Assembly: GCA_036172245.1 (NCBI GenBank) | Contig: JAYWIR010000033.1 | Span: forward strand, 2,418,001 to 2,465,961 | Reading direction: 5' to 3' | Source: Raillietiella orientalis | Lineage: Eukaryota | Length of the DNA: 47,961 nucleotides | In this document: piece by piece, positions 23,766 to 37,066 of the stretch | Layout: each line of letters begins with the position of its first letter | Position numbering within the stretch: position 1 is the first letter of the stretch | Notes under the pieces: generated by a model | Databases searched by the model: none | What the model was told of the DNA's origin: nothing | The model's input: the letters and a program-made list of their open reading frames with translations, nothing else | Made by a program: the position numbers and the translations under genes

Positions 23766-26700
23766 TTTCCCCAAGTCCCACAAAGAGTGAAGTAAATTTA
23801 TTTTTCAAAAATTTTCGTACAAAAACATTTACACTACAGTCTCATTCATACCATTTGCACTGTCTTTACAACTCTGAAGTCCATGAGTTCACAAGTTCTG
23901 CACTCATGGTGGGTTTCCTGCTTCTTGGTCCCGGGCGTCGTTTTCTAACCTCTTCAGGATGAATCGGTAAGTCCAAGCTTGGATTTTCCCACAGTTTCTA
24001 ATGCCGATTTCCCTCTTCAGGAGCCCTTGCAGGATCTCCATCGGTGGTGCGGATCTTCTGGCTTTCCTCATTTTCCACCACCGCACAAGTATGGCGGTGA
24101 TGAAGAGGGCGATGGTCGTCCTCACCATGGAATTGTAACAGGAAACATTACCATCCCCCTGGAACATCCCGGCGAGGATCTCCATTACGGATCTCTTCGT
24201 ATGTCCGATGATCCTTTTCAGGATCAGCCAGTCATGCAGCAATGTGGGACACGTCAAGACGTGAAGTCTCGTGTCGTTGTCTTCACATGCCGTGCAGTGT
24301 CGATCTTCACGTCTTCCAGTATAGTACTGCAATCGGCACCCACTCTGGATTCCTCCATGAAAAAACATCAGGAGGTCATCCTGGGTGCCCGGCGGAAGGT
24401 CACTCCTCCAGAGCGTCGTGCCAATCGCTAACAGGTTGATCCAGTCACTCCCGTAGCGATCGGCGGCTTCCTGGATGGCACTGATATCACTGTCTTCTTC
24501 TTGAATTGGTCTTCGGAGGTTTGTTTTGGTTACCCTGGACCACGCAAAGTCGTTGTGGTTGACCCACACTTCGCGAGTCATGTGGGTAAACCTTCCTAAC
24601 ATCATCTCTATATACCTAAGTATACGAGTGTGATGTAGGTACCCTCCTCGTTTCCACTTCTGGATTCATTGTAGGGTAACTCTGGACCGCTGGTGGATCC
24701 AGCTTCTCGTGTCCGGCGGGACAGGAAGCATCCAAGGGATCACCAGGATGGACTCGTCCTGCCAGTGTTCCCTACTTCTCGGCACGATCTTGATTTTGTG
24801 CTTCCGCACAAGCCGTTGCTTCCTCGTCCAGGTTGAATCGATTTTTTTCCATTCGCATGCTCAGCCTAGCAGCGCAGTCATCAGGCCTTTCGAGTTGTTC
24901 AACAAAAACGCGTAGGCCCTGTGCGCCGCATACGGCCAGTCATCCCAGTAAGTGGCAATGTCCAGGATGTGTCGCGTATCCATGATTTCCATGAAATGTG
25001 CAAGCGACTTCATCCCAGAACCGCCTTCTTCCCTGAGACGACACAGGGTTTTAGTCGAACTCTTGGGCGATAGTGGCCCCAAAGAGTTTTTCTCTGCAGC
25101 TTGTCGAACACCCTCGTGGTGTCCTTGTTCATCCTCGCGAAGGCCGCCCCGAAGAGCACTTTTGGAAGGAGTACTCCGTTTCATATGTTGGCCTTTCGGT
25201 TCATTCCAAGGTCCGTTCGGGTGTACTTGGCTGCTTCCTTGGCCGTTTTCCCTAGGATCTCGGTCCACAATAGCTTCGACGCGGAGACGTCGCCAATGTA
25301 GACACCCAGGTACTTGGCCTTGTCCACCGTTCGGAATCCTCTCCCCGCTAGAGCGGAGAGATCGAGGATTCCAACGGGCAAGAGCTGGCTTTTCTGGGCG
25401 TTGATCTTTATACCCAGGCCTTGATCCATCAGGTCTACCACATCCAGAAACGCTCGTTGATTTCTCGTTCCCTTGATAAAGAAGAGTAGATCATCAGCGT
25501 ATGCCAGATGGGTAAGACCCTGGCCATCGATTGTTATGGCTTGCAGTCGTCCGCTCTTCTCGATAAAAGACGACAACGCCTCCATGTAGATGACGAACAG
25601 CATCGGACTTAGCGAATCGCCCTGCCGGATTCACCGTTCCATCCAGATTGCTGCCGTCTCCTGACCGTTAATTTTGATTCGGCAGTACTGGTTCTGGAGT
25701 ACTACCCTCACGAAGTTGCTGAAGTGTTCCGGAAGGCCTAGCTTCTACAGAACCTTCAGCAGCATCCCATGGTCGATGGAGTAGAAAGCCTTCTCCATGT
25801 CAGTGAACACCAGCACGAGGTTCTCGCCGACGTATCGGCTGAGTTTTACGGTGGCCTGGGCACACTTGACATTGTCTGACATGTGACGTCCAGGAACTGC
25901 ACACGTTTGGACCGGAGAGATGAGCCTCGACATGACCTTGCCTAAGCTGTTGGACCAGATCTTCGCCAATCACTTGGCATCCGAGTTCAGGATCGAGATT
26001 GGCCTTTATTGAGCGACCTGCGTGAGGTCGCCTCCTTTTGGCAACAATCTCATCCGACTCTCGTAGAAGGACAGTGGAAGTCTTCCTTCTTCGCGGATGC
26101 AGAGGGTCAACTGGTGGAAGAAACGCAGGTAGGCATGCAAGTACCGCTGATAGTGAGTGATGGGTACGCTGTCAGGGCCTGCTGCCACGTCCTTGCATAG
26201 TTGACCAAACGCAGTCTTCACCTCATCTTCGGAGAACTCTTCCTCCAGTCTAATCCGCTAAAGATCGTCGGTCCTCTTCTGAAGATAGCTCAGAAAGGCC
26301 TGTTGACTAGAGCGACAGAGATGTTGTCGCCTGAAGTGTTTCGTGTAATGCCTGTGAAAGGCATCCACGATGTCCTCAGACGACTGTCGCTTTTGACCGT
26401 CGTACTGGATGCAGAAGATATCTGTTGCCAGATTTCTCTTCTCCAGCACGCCGAATTCCCCTTTTATGTTCTTGAAGACGTACCGACTCTCGTACTGATC
26501 GAAGTACTTTGAGAGTGAGCGATCTTGGATGTTCAGTTCCCGGTTCGTCACCTGCCTCAAGCGCCTATCCCCGAACTGCATGTTTGCAAACAGGTGTATC
26601 CTGTGTTTCAGGCTGTCCCAGTCGGCGACTCTTCGGATTGTTGTTGCCTCAGAATCGCCTCCAGGACAGCCTGATGTCCGGGATGGGTTTCGAACCAGGC

Positions 26701-27290
26701 GGGCATGCTAATGAGCGCCGCCCTGGTGCGTTGCCTCCGCCGAGGATTCTCCGTTCTTAAGGAAAACCGCACCAGGGGGTGATCGGACACCGTGGTCATA
26801 ATGTCTCGAAAACCCTGGATGCGATTCCCAAGTTCGGTGCTGTGCAGGACGTGATCGATCGGCTTGTGACTTGCAGTTCGCCACACCAGTCCGAACTCTT
26901 CGGATAACCGCCGATACGCCGTCCTTCCTCTGGCGTCTTCCGAATGAATGATCACATCCAAGATGTTGAGATCGCCAGCAACAATCACGACGTCCTTAGG
27001 GGCGACCTGTTGCCGGAGTGTTGCATGCAGCGCCTCCGCGCAACGATGTTTTAGCCTGTGCGGCCCGTACACGTTCACCAGGATAAGGTGAACAGTCGCG
27101 GACCAGGCCAGTCGCACGCCGATGATTCGTCCGGGTTGGGGACAGAACACTTCCAGATGAGTGAAGGACAAGTTGTTCTTGATTATAGACCGCCACACCC
27201 TGCGTGTTCCGTTCTCTTTCGCTGACGAACATCTGCCCGTTGAATCGCCGTTCCATTTGCTGACTAATCTCGAGACCCATCTTGTGGCGC
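23766..27290 (-). mobile_element. Family-B LINE copy 2, decayed and 5'-truncated
   Basis: Collinear with 14134-17615; LAYADD, LLPKGGD; several frameshifts; AATAAA at 23802-23797. Confidence 0.92.
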
Positions 27291-27545
27291 AACTCCCAGG
27301 ATGGCGTTCCCTTGTCGCTAGGCTGCATCTCGAAAATTAGCCGGGAATGGTGCGACAGCGTCGACGCAATCTTCCTACGTTTGCCGACATGTGAACACAG
27401 GTCAGCGTCGAGGAAGACGTGGTCGATGCTGCAGACCATTTCCCTTTCACCCGCGAACAAGTTGCGCATACGCATGGCGGCGTACAACTTGTTCATCGCG
27501 TTCACTTGTGTTTCAGGCTCATCTGTCAGCAGGCGGAGATTGAAA
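27291..27545 (-). mobile_element. Family-A endonuclease C-terminal fragment
   Basis: FNLRLL, then RMRNLFAGEREMVCSIDHVFLD and SHHSR. Confidence 0.8.
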
Positions 27546-29596
27546 TTTTTTCACCCGGTCACGCCAGGGCGTTTATTGAAAATAAACCGGTCAAAGACGA
27601 TGTCCTCAACTAAAGAAACGACAAGGAGCTAAGAGAAGTAACGGGCACACAGACCTGGTTAACAAACCGCTTCCAACAACACTGAGGGAGTAGAGGAATA
27701 ACACACACACACACAAAAAAAAAAAATTTGGAGGGAGGGGTAACGGGTCTTTGGTGGAGCTCCGTACTCACGGGGATTCAGATAGAGAGCACCTAAAATG
27801 TTCCGGAGCCTAATAGGGCAGAAGTGGAAAAAAAGAAAAAAAACATTTGAAGGGGGCGAGGGGAAAGTTTCACCGGGTGCGCTCTTAAGTAGCGTCTGTA
27901 AACCGTCGGCGAATGCTAGCGAGATCCCTTTTTGTATCCTCAGTCAATTGAGGCCATCTGGCGGCTCCTTTCATATAGGAAGATGCTTTGCCGATTACCT
28001 CTTGGTGCTGTCTGTTGATTATCAGCGCCTATCGGGCGGAAACTATCGCGCGTATGCAACCGATGATTGCAATCCTTGCGATTGTAGACAGCCCGCTCGG
28101 CGTGAAGAATCGTCGCAGCAAGTCTCTTGCAGTATCCTTCGGGTGCGAGGGTGCTGTTGCCAGCCTGCGCCAGGGTCACCTTGTGGGACACCGCAGTCCA
28201 GAAGCAAGTCTCCCGGAAACACGATGCCAACGCTCGTTGCACTGAAAACCCCAGTGAACGAAAAGCATCACGGCGTGTTTCCAAGCAAGAGATAGCAGCG
28301 AACTGTCGACACACTGTGGAGGGACTACAAGTTCTTCGGGGGTGACACCAAGTTCTTCTGCCCACCGGAGAAGTCCCTTTGCAGTAACACGAGGGGTGGC
28401 GGCGTCCGCGAACTCACTCGTCTTCCAGGCGCCAAGGAGTTTGGTTTTTCCCGCTATCGTGCAGGAAACCTCCCACCTCGCCGGTTGGCAACTGTCGTTT
28501 CTTGCCCTGAGGGCAGACAGCGCTGCGGCAATAGGCGTGGCAGCCAGGGTAGAAAACTTCACCTCGTCCTGCAGTACTTTTTCCAAGGATCGTGGAAAAA
28601 ATTGGCGCAGGGGGCGAAGATCTTCAGGGCGTATTCCTTGGAACGCCGCCCAGGATTTAACAGACTCCTGCCGCCAAGCTTCAAAGTTCATTGGGCGGCA
28701 GGAGATCCACGAGTGAGCTTCCAGAAGTGCGGTCAACTGCCGCAATGGAAACCCGAAACTCCGCTTCCTGTATTGAGTGCCCGGCAAAAGCGAGAGAAAT
28801 TCTCCGCTGCCGGCGCATCTCCGCAGGAGAATGCGGACTGGCACACACAGGGGGGATTTCCATAGCTGGGCACACAGTGCCAGCAGTCGGAACTGCACCT
28901 GCAGTCCGATTCGCTCCATTGTCAAGATACCTAAACCAGCATCCCGACGCGGAGCTAACAAATCTTTGAGGCGGATTCTGGATCTCGCCGGACCCCAGAG
29001 AGCGTTCCTGAGCAGGCGTTTAGCCCGCTGTTTTGCCGCATAGGGGGGGTCCAAAACAAAAAATAGGGGACGGAGGAGGGGAGCCACAAAGGTGTTCCAA
29101 ATAGTCGCCGGTTCCTGCAAGGTAAACTTGCCGTTAATGAACGGGATGATGGCCAACTCTGCATTCTGCAGACAGTCCGCCCACGCTTCAAGTGCGCCGA
29201 CAGTGCCCAACGGAACGCCAAGGTACTTGAAGTACCCGCCCGTGGGGATCCCCAGGCGGATCCAGTCGGACTGCCCCTCCCACGACGCACCCACAGGAAC
29301 GACCACGCTCTTCTCCCTGTTCACGCTCACGCCCGCTCCGCGACGAATCAGGTCGAAGAAATCCTTGACACTGGACTCCAGGGTGGACATGGGGAGCAGA
29401 AGAAGCAAGGTCATCAGCGTAGGCGGCAACGGCTGGCGTACCCGGGGAGGAGCATGGAAAGTGAGACGGAGTCAGCCTGTACGCTCTCAGCACCAACTCA
29501 AAGAAGATGCTAAAGAGCAACGGGCTTAAGCTGTCGCCCTGTCGGATGCCCCTACGCACGGGAAAACCGTACACGCGGCAGCCGCTGAAAGTGATG
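27546..29596 (-). mobile_element. 5'-truncated family-A LINE (RT C-half to 3' end)
   Basis: GIRQGDSLSPLLF, AYADD, FKYLGVP, HWGFQCN; 3'UTR with a (GT)n/U-rich tract; AATAAA at 27577-27572 and hairpin. Confidence 0.9.
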
Positions 29597-29599
29597 CAG

Positions 29600-30841
29600 G
29601 TTAGCGCAACACGGCCTCACTGCTGCGCGCGTGACCGTTCGGGAGGGCTGCACTCTTCCCCACAAACTGGTGGTCGAAGGCGAAACCGTCGACCTCTGGT
29701 ATGTGGGAAAGCCGAAATACTGTGGCTTCTGCAATACGTCGGGCCACCTAAAAAAAGAGGTGCCCCAATGTGCAGTGCCAAGTATGCGGAACCATGGGAC
29801 ACACGAGGGAGGTGTGCCCTAAAGCAGCAGTGCGGGTGGTTTCGAAGAGAAACCTTAAAAAACGTGCCCGGCTTCTGCAGAATAGGCTGGCGGCGAAAGC
29901 TGCCGCGAAGGCTGTGCCACCCGCGCCCAAGGCCCAGACCGCACCCGAGACCCCGGCGAACAACGCCGAACAAGTCGAGGGAACAAGCCAGGAGCCTGAG
30001 TGGCAGGTGGCTACGGCCAAAAAATCAAAGAAGGAGAAGAGGATGGAGAAAAAGCTCGCGTACCGCCAGAAAAAAGAGCAGGCAAGCGAGCAAATTGAAG
30101 TATGCAGCGTTGTCGTGGAGCGTATTTACGTCCACAGCGAAAAAGAACTCGCCGCTACCGACGACCTCCCCTCTGTTGACACTGTCAACAGCGAGGGGAG
30201 CGAGCCGGCGGCGGCGTCCGTCATCGACACCACCATCGATGACGTAGCCTTCGTGCGAGCCGCGGAGGAGCTGGCAGCCTCGTTGCAGCCAGAACCCTCC
30301 AAGGCTGGCAAGAAGGCCGTAAGGCGTCCGGCCTCCCCTCAGGAGTCCCCCACTTCCGACCCCGAGATGGAGGCCGGAAGCGCAGCCTCCGTTTCCACGG
30401 CACCGCGCAAGAAGGCTGGACGTAAGTCCACAAAGCCAAGGAAGCTCGTCTCCCCCGTCGAAGGGGAAGAGATGGCTTCCGCAAGCGAAGGTGCCATGAG
30501 CGTGGGAAACTCTCGGGACCCGTCGCCCGAGAGACTCCCATGCACGGACACGGAGGGGATGGAGGGGGTGGAGGCCGAACAGGTGCCTCAGGTGCCTGAG
30601 AAGGCCGAAACCCCCATGGACATCCCGCCCGCCTGGCAAGAGGCGGGCTCCCCCACACCTTAATCTTCCCAGCAGTAATGCCGGGAATCTCCTCCCGCCG
30701 TCGTCTGCGCATCGCCGTTTGGAACGTGAACGGCATGACAGACGCCGGCAGGAGACGAGACATGGCCGTCCTTCTGGGATCCTTCGACCTTGCGCTGCTG
30801 CAGGAGATCCACGTGATCTCTGCAGAACAAGCGCAAGAGAT
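29600..30841 (+). mobile_element. Family-A ORF1 C-half and start of ORF2
   Basis: DLWYVGKPKYCGFCNTSGH, CQVCGTMGHTREVC; ORF2 MPGISSRRRLRIAVWNVNG...LQEI from 30678. Confidence 0.88.
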
Positions 30842-32433
30842 TTCTAACCGGGTCACGCCGGGGCGTTTATTTTATATAAAAAAAACAATTATATAAAATA
30901 AACCAGCTGGGAACCATGCTGTCAACCGACGACCGAACGAGGATCAACAGAAAATTGCTGGCACGCAGGCCAGAATAACACGGAACGGTGTGGAAGAACT
31001 AAGAACACAAACAAACAAAAACAAAAGAAAAAGAAATCAATGGGGGACGCCGGGACAAGGGTATTTGGGATCAATCTGGTTCGCACTCTGATAAAAGTAA
31101 TGGCTCCGGCAGTTTAGCAGAGCGAGCGATGAAGGGGTATAGGTGGGATTCAGGACGTAGTGATCACCGGATTAAGCCATTCTTAAAAGTCTGTAAACCG
31201 GCGATCAATGCCTGTGATGTCCTCTTTTACCTTGTCACGAAGGTGAGGCCAGCTAGCAGCCTTTTCCATGTATTCTGCTGCAAACCGGTGAGCCTCTTTT
31301 CGCTGCGCTGACAACTCCAGGGCGTAGCGGGCCTTCACGATGGCGCGGTTGCGACAATCGCGCCTACCGAAAATCCATTCCTCCTGAAGAAGCGCCACAA
31401 CCCATCAATGGCAGTGCCTCCCTGCGGCAGGATGGCTGAAGTCAGCCTTCGTCACAGTTCACGGAGGTCAATGCAGTCCAGCAAGAGATGCGGAAAAGAC
31501 TCAATATCTCCGCACCTCAAACAGTTTCGCAAAGTAGCTCCTCCGAAAACGATGCTTCGCTGACGATTACAGTGGAATCCCCAGTGTAAAAAGAGCAGCA
31601 CATCTTGTTTCCACTTTAAGGGGAACACGGAGTTGCCCAAACAAACGGGGGGAACCACTATCTCTCCGAAGATTACACTTAAATATTCAATCCACCGAAG
31701 CAGGCCCTTCGCCCCATTACGAAGAGTGGCATTTTCCACCAGCTCCTTTGTCGTCAAACCGTTAAGGAGAAAAATGACCTACGCAATTGTGCAGGAGAAC
31801 TTTTATTTTGCCATTAGGCATCTGTTGTTGCTTGCCCTGAGGGCAGACAGCGCTGCGGCGAGTGGTGTGGCTGCCAGACGATCCGACTTCTTCTTGTCCT
31901 GCATGACTTCGTCCATTGGATGACTGAGGAGAAGTCGTAGGCGCCGAAGATCTTCCATGCGCGTTTTTTCGGAAGCTGCCCACTATGAAAAAGATTCCTG
32001 CCGCCATGCATTAATGTTCATGGGGCGGCAGGAGATCCAACATCGTGAAGGGCTCATCGAGACGCGCGTTCCTCCTCGTCTACAACAGGTGCATCAATCG
32101 GCAGAAGCAGTTCGGAGAGACTGCGTTCCGTCGGAGCCTCTGCATACAGAGAAAAGCAATAACGCGTGATTATTTGTCGCACGTAAGCTGGAGCCGAGCA
32201 TACCCGGTCCTTGTCGTCGAGCAGAACTGTCTCTCTAGACTGCCAGACCTAGCGCTAGGCGTTGGCCTTGTACTCGGATAATCGACCAACGTCTGCGCGC
32301 CTGGAGTAGCAGCGGGCCTGCAGAAAATCTCTGCTGTTGGCTGCCCCCTCTCCGAAGCCGCGCGAAAGCTGGTGCAAGGGAAACCGGCAGCAAAACTCAC
32401 GGACCGGTCTTTTCAGTTCGTCCCAGTCCGCGA
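30842..32433 (-). mobile_element. Family-A LINE 3' part with an internal deletion
   Basis: Resembles 20980-22390, joined near 32040 to the EN-RT linker (DWDELKRPVREFC); AATAAA at 30871-30866 and hairpin. Confidence 0.85.
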
Positions 32434-34673
32434 ATGAGAGCGTACGGGTGTTTGTTTCGCTCGCGAGCGTTTGTGGTTTCATTTTTCTTTTTTTTTGGTG
32501 GGCTTGTGGATTCGGTGGTGGCTAGGCAGCAATGCCTGGGACCACCACCAGTGATAAGAAGAGGGCGACGTGTACGTCTCCTCCGAAATCAATGGATGTG
32601 GGGGCTACCGCTTCCACAGAATCGTCTCCCTCGTTAGGAAGAAGTTCGAGTTCCGTGGCTGCGGCCGAGCTAAAGGTTTACATGAAGGATGGCCTATCTG
32701 CGCTCCAGATGGCGCGACACGCTTATCAAGGTTTTTAGCAAGCATACCACGCACCGCGTTCCGATGCGGCGTGGGATACGGCAGGGAGACAGCCTGAGCA
32801 CCTTGCTCTTCAGTACCTACTTTGAGTTCGTACTGAGAGCGTACAGGGAAACTCTGGCGCACCTGCCCCACGACTGTGCCGGTACGTAGGCCGTTTGAGC
32901 GTACGCGGACGACCTGTTGCTGCTGCTTTCTATGTCCACCCCGGCTTCTGCGGTCAAGGAGTTCTTCGAGCTGCTGAATCGGGGAACCAGACTTACGGTT
33001 AACAGGGCGAAGTCGTCCGTGATGCCAGTTGGTGGAGCGTGGTCAGAGCAGCAGGACTGGGTCCGTTTGGGGATCCCCACGGTGACTTGGTTAGAGGATC
33101 ATAGTGTCCCGTTGAGGGACTACTCTTCTGTGGAAGCGTGGTCCGGCTGCCTCCAAAAATTATAGACGGCGATCGGCCCGTTCCATGGTGGCAGGTTTAT
33201 CCTGCCTGAACGAGCCGTGGTTTAGAACACGGTCGCGGCTCCTGTCCTCCGTTCCCTGTTTTTTGTTTGCCCCCCAACACAGAAGATAAAACAGAGGACC
33301 ATGGACCTCCTCTGTATCGTTCTTTGGGGCAACGGGACAGCCCGATTCCGCTTGAAGGACCTTTGCGCTCCGCGTCAAGATGGCCGTCTTTGCATGCTGA
33401 TGTTGGAGCGACTGGAGCTTCAGATCCAGTTCCGTTTAATGGCTATTGTACCGGAGTTGTGGTTCACCTGCTGGTGAGTCCCAGCACGTCTCCTCGTCAA
33501 CGAAGCCACTGCAAAGATGGGACTCACGTCCTTTCTTTCACTCCATCGCTCCCCCATCAACCGATGTGGGCTCCAGCTTCGGAAGGTGGCGGCCTTGGTT
33601 CGAAAAAACCAAGGATGGATCAGCTGTCGCCCCGCGAACGGTAGTGCCTGGCTGCTGGAAACCGTTCGCACGTGGGCACAGTGCTGCTTGCAACGCACCC
33701 AACAGGAACGACGGTTCCTGTTTGGGTGCTACAGAAGTTGCACCCTTCGAGAGATGCTGGAGGATCCGAAGAAGCGAGCGTGGTCAGGAAGAACTCCCTT
33801 GCTGCTGCTCTGGCCTCCCTAGTGGAAGATCAAAACAACGATGTTGCAGCGAAGTGGGAGGTTACGATGAAAATCTCCGAACAGGAGAAGAAGCAGGGAA
33901 AGTGGAAGACGGGCCAGTTAACAGACGCTGCGACTCAGAGTACGCCTCCCAATGTAATTGTGTGCTGGGAGGCGATGCTCGATTTTGCCATTGATCACGT
34001 GCTCATGAAAACTAACACCCTCCCCTTAAAATGGCAGGAGTCTTCTCCTGTTACTGCACTGCGGACTCCCCTGCAAGGCCCGCCGACCCCACTAGACCTG
34101 GGTCGCGGTCGACCTTCATCGTGTCAACTGTAGGTAACAAGACTCCCTCCCCCACCTCCTTGTTGATTGTGTTGCACTTTGGGCCCTTTGGTTCTGGTTT
34201 GCAGCGGCCATCGGTATCTCCTGCAGGCACCCCAGGGACGCATTTGAAGCCCTCTTCGTTGCGAACGCACTCCAGTGTGCGGCCTTGTTAGCAGTGCTGT
34301 TCTGCGTACCGCGGAATCGTACCCGTTTGCAGCGAGGGAGGAGCACGAGAGAGGGGTGCCATCCAGCATGCCGCCGAATTCTTGCGGAAAGCGTGGCGAT
34401 GGCTTCACCTGGATCCGCGACTACAATAAGAGATTGCCGGCATCCTGAGAAAGATGCAAAGGCCCCACGAGCTACAGTAATCCCTTTCCGTACCCAACCT
34501 CCTTATCTTTCCTTTTTGTTTAGTTTTTTGTTTTTCTCTCCTTATCCCTGCTGCCGCAGTGGAACGTACCGTTCCACGAACCGGTGAGTAGGCAAGTTAT
34601 GTTCTTTGTGTGCATTGTACGTTTTTGTATAAATTTATTTTTAAATAAACGACCCGGCGAAATTCCGGTAAAA
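32434..34673 (+). mobile_element. Internally deleted family-A LINE retaining both ends
   Basis: ORF1 start MPGTTTSD at 32532, jump near 32688 into RT (AYLRS, GIRQGDSLS), C-terminus similar to 9183-10990, AATAAA at 34644 and hairpin. Confidence 0.82.
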
Positions 34674-35769
34674 ATCGAAAGCTTCACCAGCTTTACGACG
34701 GACGTGTTTCCTCGATACTCCTTGGTGCAAGCTTGGTGTGCTTCGGTGGTCGATCAGGCAGCGATGCCTGACACGACCACCGATGAGTGTCAGGGAGTGG
34801 CGGCAACGTCGCTTCAAGAGGAGATACAGTGCCAGGGGGTGGCGGCAACTTCGCCCGCAATGGCGATGGAGGCGGGGCATCCGCCCCCACAGAATCAGTC
34901 CCCACTGCAGCGTGGGCGTGGAGCGCCGTCGTGTCGGCATCATCTGCAGCCGCGGCGGAACTGTCTGCTTATGTGGAAGAGGGCTATAACCCATCACTAT
35001 TCTATAAGGTAGGCAATCTATATAGTTCTGAGAGTGCGCGCGCCTTTTCGAAGGAAATGTGCGCTCTCGATGTTAAAGAGGAGGAGCTCTGCGCTATGAC
35101 CATTCGTAGCGGGGGGCAGTACGTTATGGTGATCTGCAAACAGACAGATCTGGCCCAGCGTCTGCTCAAAACCCCTGTGGTGATGAGGACACACAGGCTC
35201 CTTCCCATTAAGGCGGACCGCAGTATTGTGATCCACCTATTATGGGTAACTGCGCTGATGCGGAAAGAACAATTACGCGCCGCGTTGCAAGAACAAGGAA
35301 CGGTTCATGCAGTATGGACCAAGCCTAGTCCTTTCGAGGACTATACTAAACTTTAATGCGGCCTCACGGCTGCACGTGTAACCGTTTGCGAGGGCTCTAC
35401 TCTTCCTCACAAACTGGTGATCGGTGGCGAAAGCGTCGACCTCTGATAAGTGGGGAAATACAAATACTGTGGCTTCTGCAACACGTCGGGACACCTCAAA
35501 AGGAGGTGCCCCAACGTACAGTGCCAAGTATGCGGGACAATGGATCACACGAGGGAGGTGTGCCCACAATCCGCTGTGCGCGTGGTTTCCCTCAGGATCC
35601 TAAGAAAACGCGCCCGGCTACTAAGAAAAAGGCTGGCGGCGAAAGCTTCCGCGAAAGCTGTGCCACATGCACCCATGGCGCAGGCGGCAGCGGAAACCCC
35701 GATAACGAACGCCGAAAAGATCGAGGGAATCGAGCAGGAGCCTGAATGGCAGGCAGCAACATCGAAAAA
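34674..35769 (+). mobile_element. Family-A 5'UTR and decayed ORF1
   Basis: ATG 34764; GYNPSLFYKVG; CGFCNTSGHLKRRC, CQVCGTMDHTREVC; similar to 29610-30010. Confidence 0.88.
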
Positions 35770-37066
35770 TCGAGCAGCACCTTCGATTCGTTCGTACCCA
35801 GCCGTGACGGCGGCACTGTCAGCGAGTTCAGACGTTTCTGCGTTGACGATGGTGAGAAGAGCAATGCCCTCCGTAACTGAGGTGGAGCGGATCAAAGAAC
35901 CCATGTAGAAGATGGAAGCAAATGTGAAATCTGTTATTCTTAAAGCTGCCATGTTGAAAATACAGAAAGTCAGGGATATTTATGCCGCGTTGCACGAAAA
36001 AAAGGTGAACTTAAACGATGTTAAGGCCATCATTTGAAGTGCAATCGAGTTTAAAATCTACACCAGCAATGAGGAACCCCAGGAAATGCTTCTGGAACAT
36101 GATATAGCTATGAACGGACGTCACCTGCGCGGAATGGGAGAAGCAGATTACACCTTCGTGTTCTTAACGGGGATTAGAGGCTTTACGGAGCAACAGGTTG
36201 TGTGGGATTTTTTATCTCAATACGGAGAAGTGCCGACGTCCTTTGGTCCTTTGATGACGGGAGTCTTCACCGTAGAAGAGATGGCCAGAATCAGGCTGTT
36301 TGATGCGAGGATCCCGGGAGAAGTCTGTACATATGCATACTCCCAACACGTGCTGGTACGTTACCGTATGCAGCCCACATTCTGCGCCGGATGTGAGCAG
36401 TTTGGCCATTGGCTGGGTTCATGCATGAGAGCACGGTGCTTCCAATGTGGTCAGCATGGTCATTTTATCAAAGCCTGCACGAAGTCCCCTCAGTGTCACC
36501 ACTTCAAGAAATCGGGACATGTCAAGAGGGAATTTCCGAGATATATGAAGTGGCTCGATGCTCAGGAAGTTTCCCCGTTGCCGACAATTCAGAGGAAAGA
36601 ACAAGAAAAAGTAGTGGAGGGAGTCAGTACAAGTGCGGCTGCGTTCTTCATTGAAGCAAGAAAGAAGAAAAAAGGAAAAGTCAACGAGGAACTTTCTCCT
36701 GTTTCAGCAGCGACGGAGGAATTAAGCGTAGTTTGAAACGGAAAGGCAACAAATAATGGTGGGTCAAGGAAAGGCAACCACCCGAGTGGAAGTTAGCACA
36801 CACAAGAATGAAAAAAAGGAAATACAGGATAAGCCGTTCCGCTTGTCCTCACAGCAGTGCAAAACTCAGCCACAGAAAAAGAGCTCTCTCTAGGTCTAAA
36901 AAGCGTGCATGCCGCGGAGTAGTCATAAGTCAGAGTCTGCAAAATACGTGCTACTCTTCTTCCTGAAGCAAAGGGCAAACCTGTGGAAAGCAGTTCTCCT
37001 ACCTAAGGTGTTCTTCGAAGCAGCCTTTTGTCGAGTGGACGACGGAACGTGGCAACAGGTGGAACT

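Noticed and set aside
27546..30841. Twin-priming 5' inversion
   Set aside because: The two segments are far apart in the element and no clear TSD was found; not supportable.
34785..34855. Duplicated CQGVAATS peptide; also (AC)n at ~27700 and the aaacccgcg repeat at ~44130
   Set aside because: Ordinary slippage duplications in low-complexity regions.
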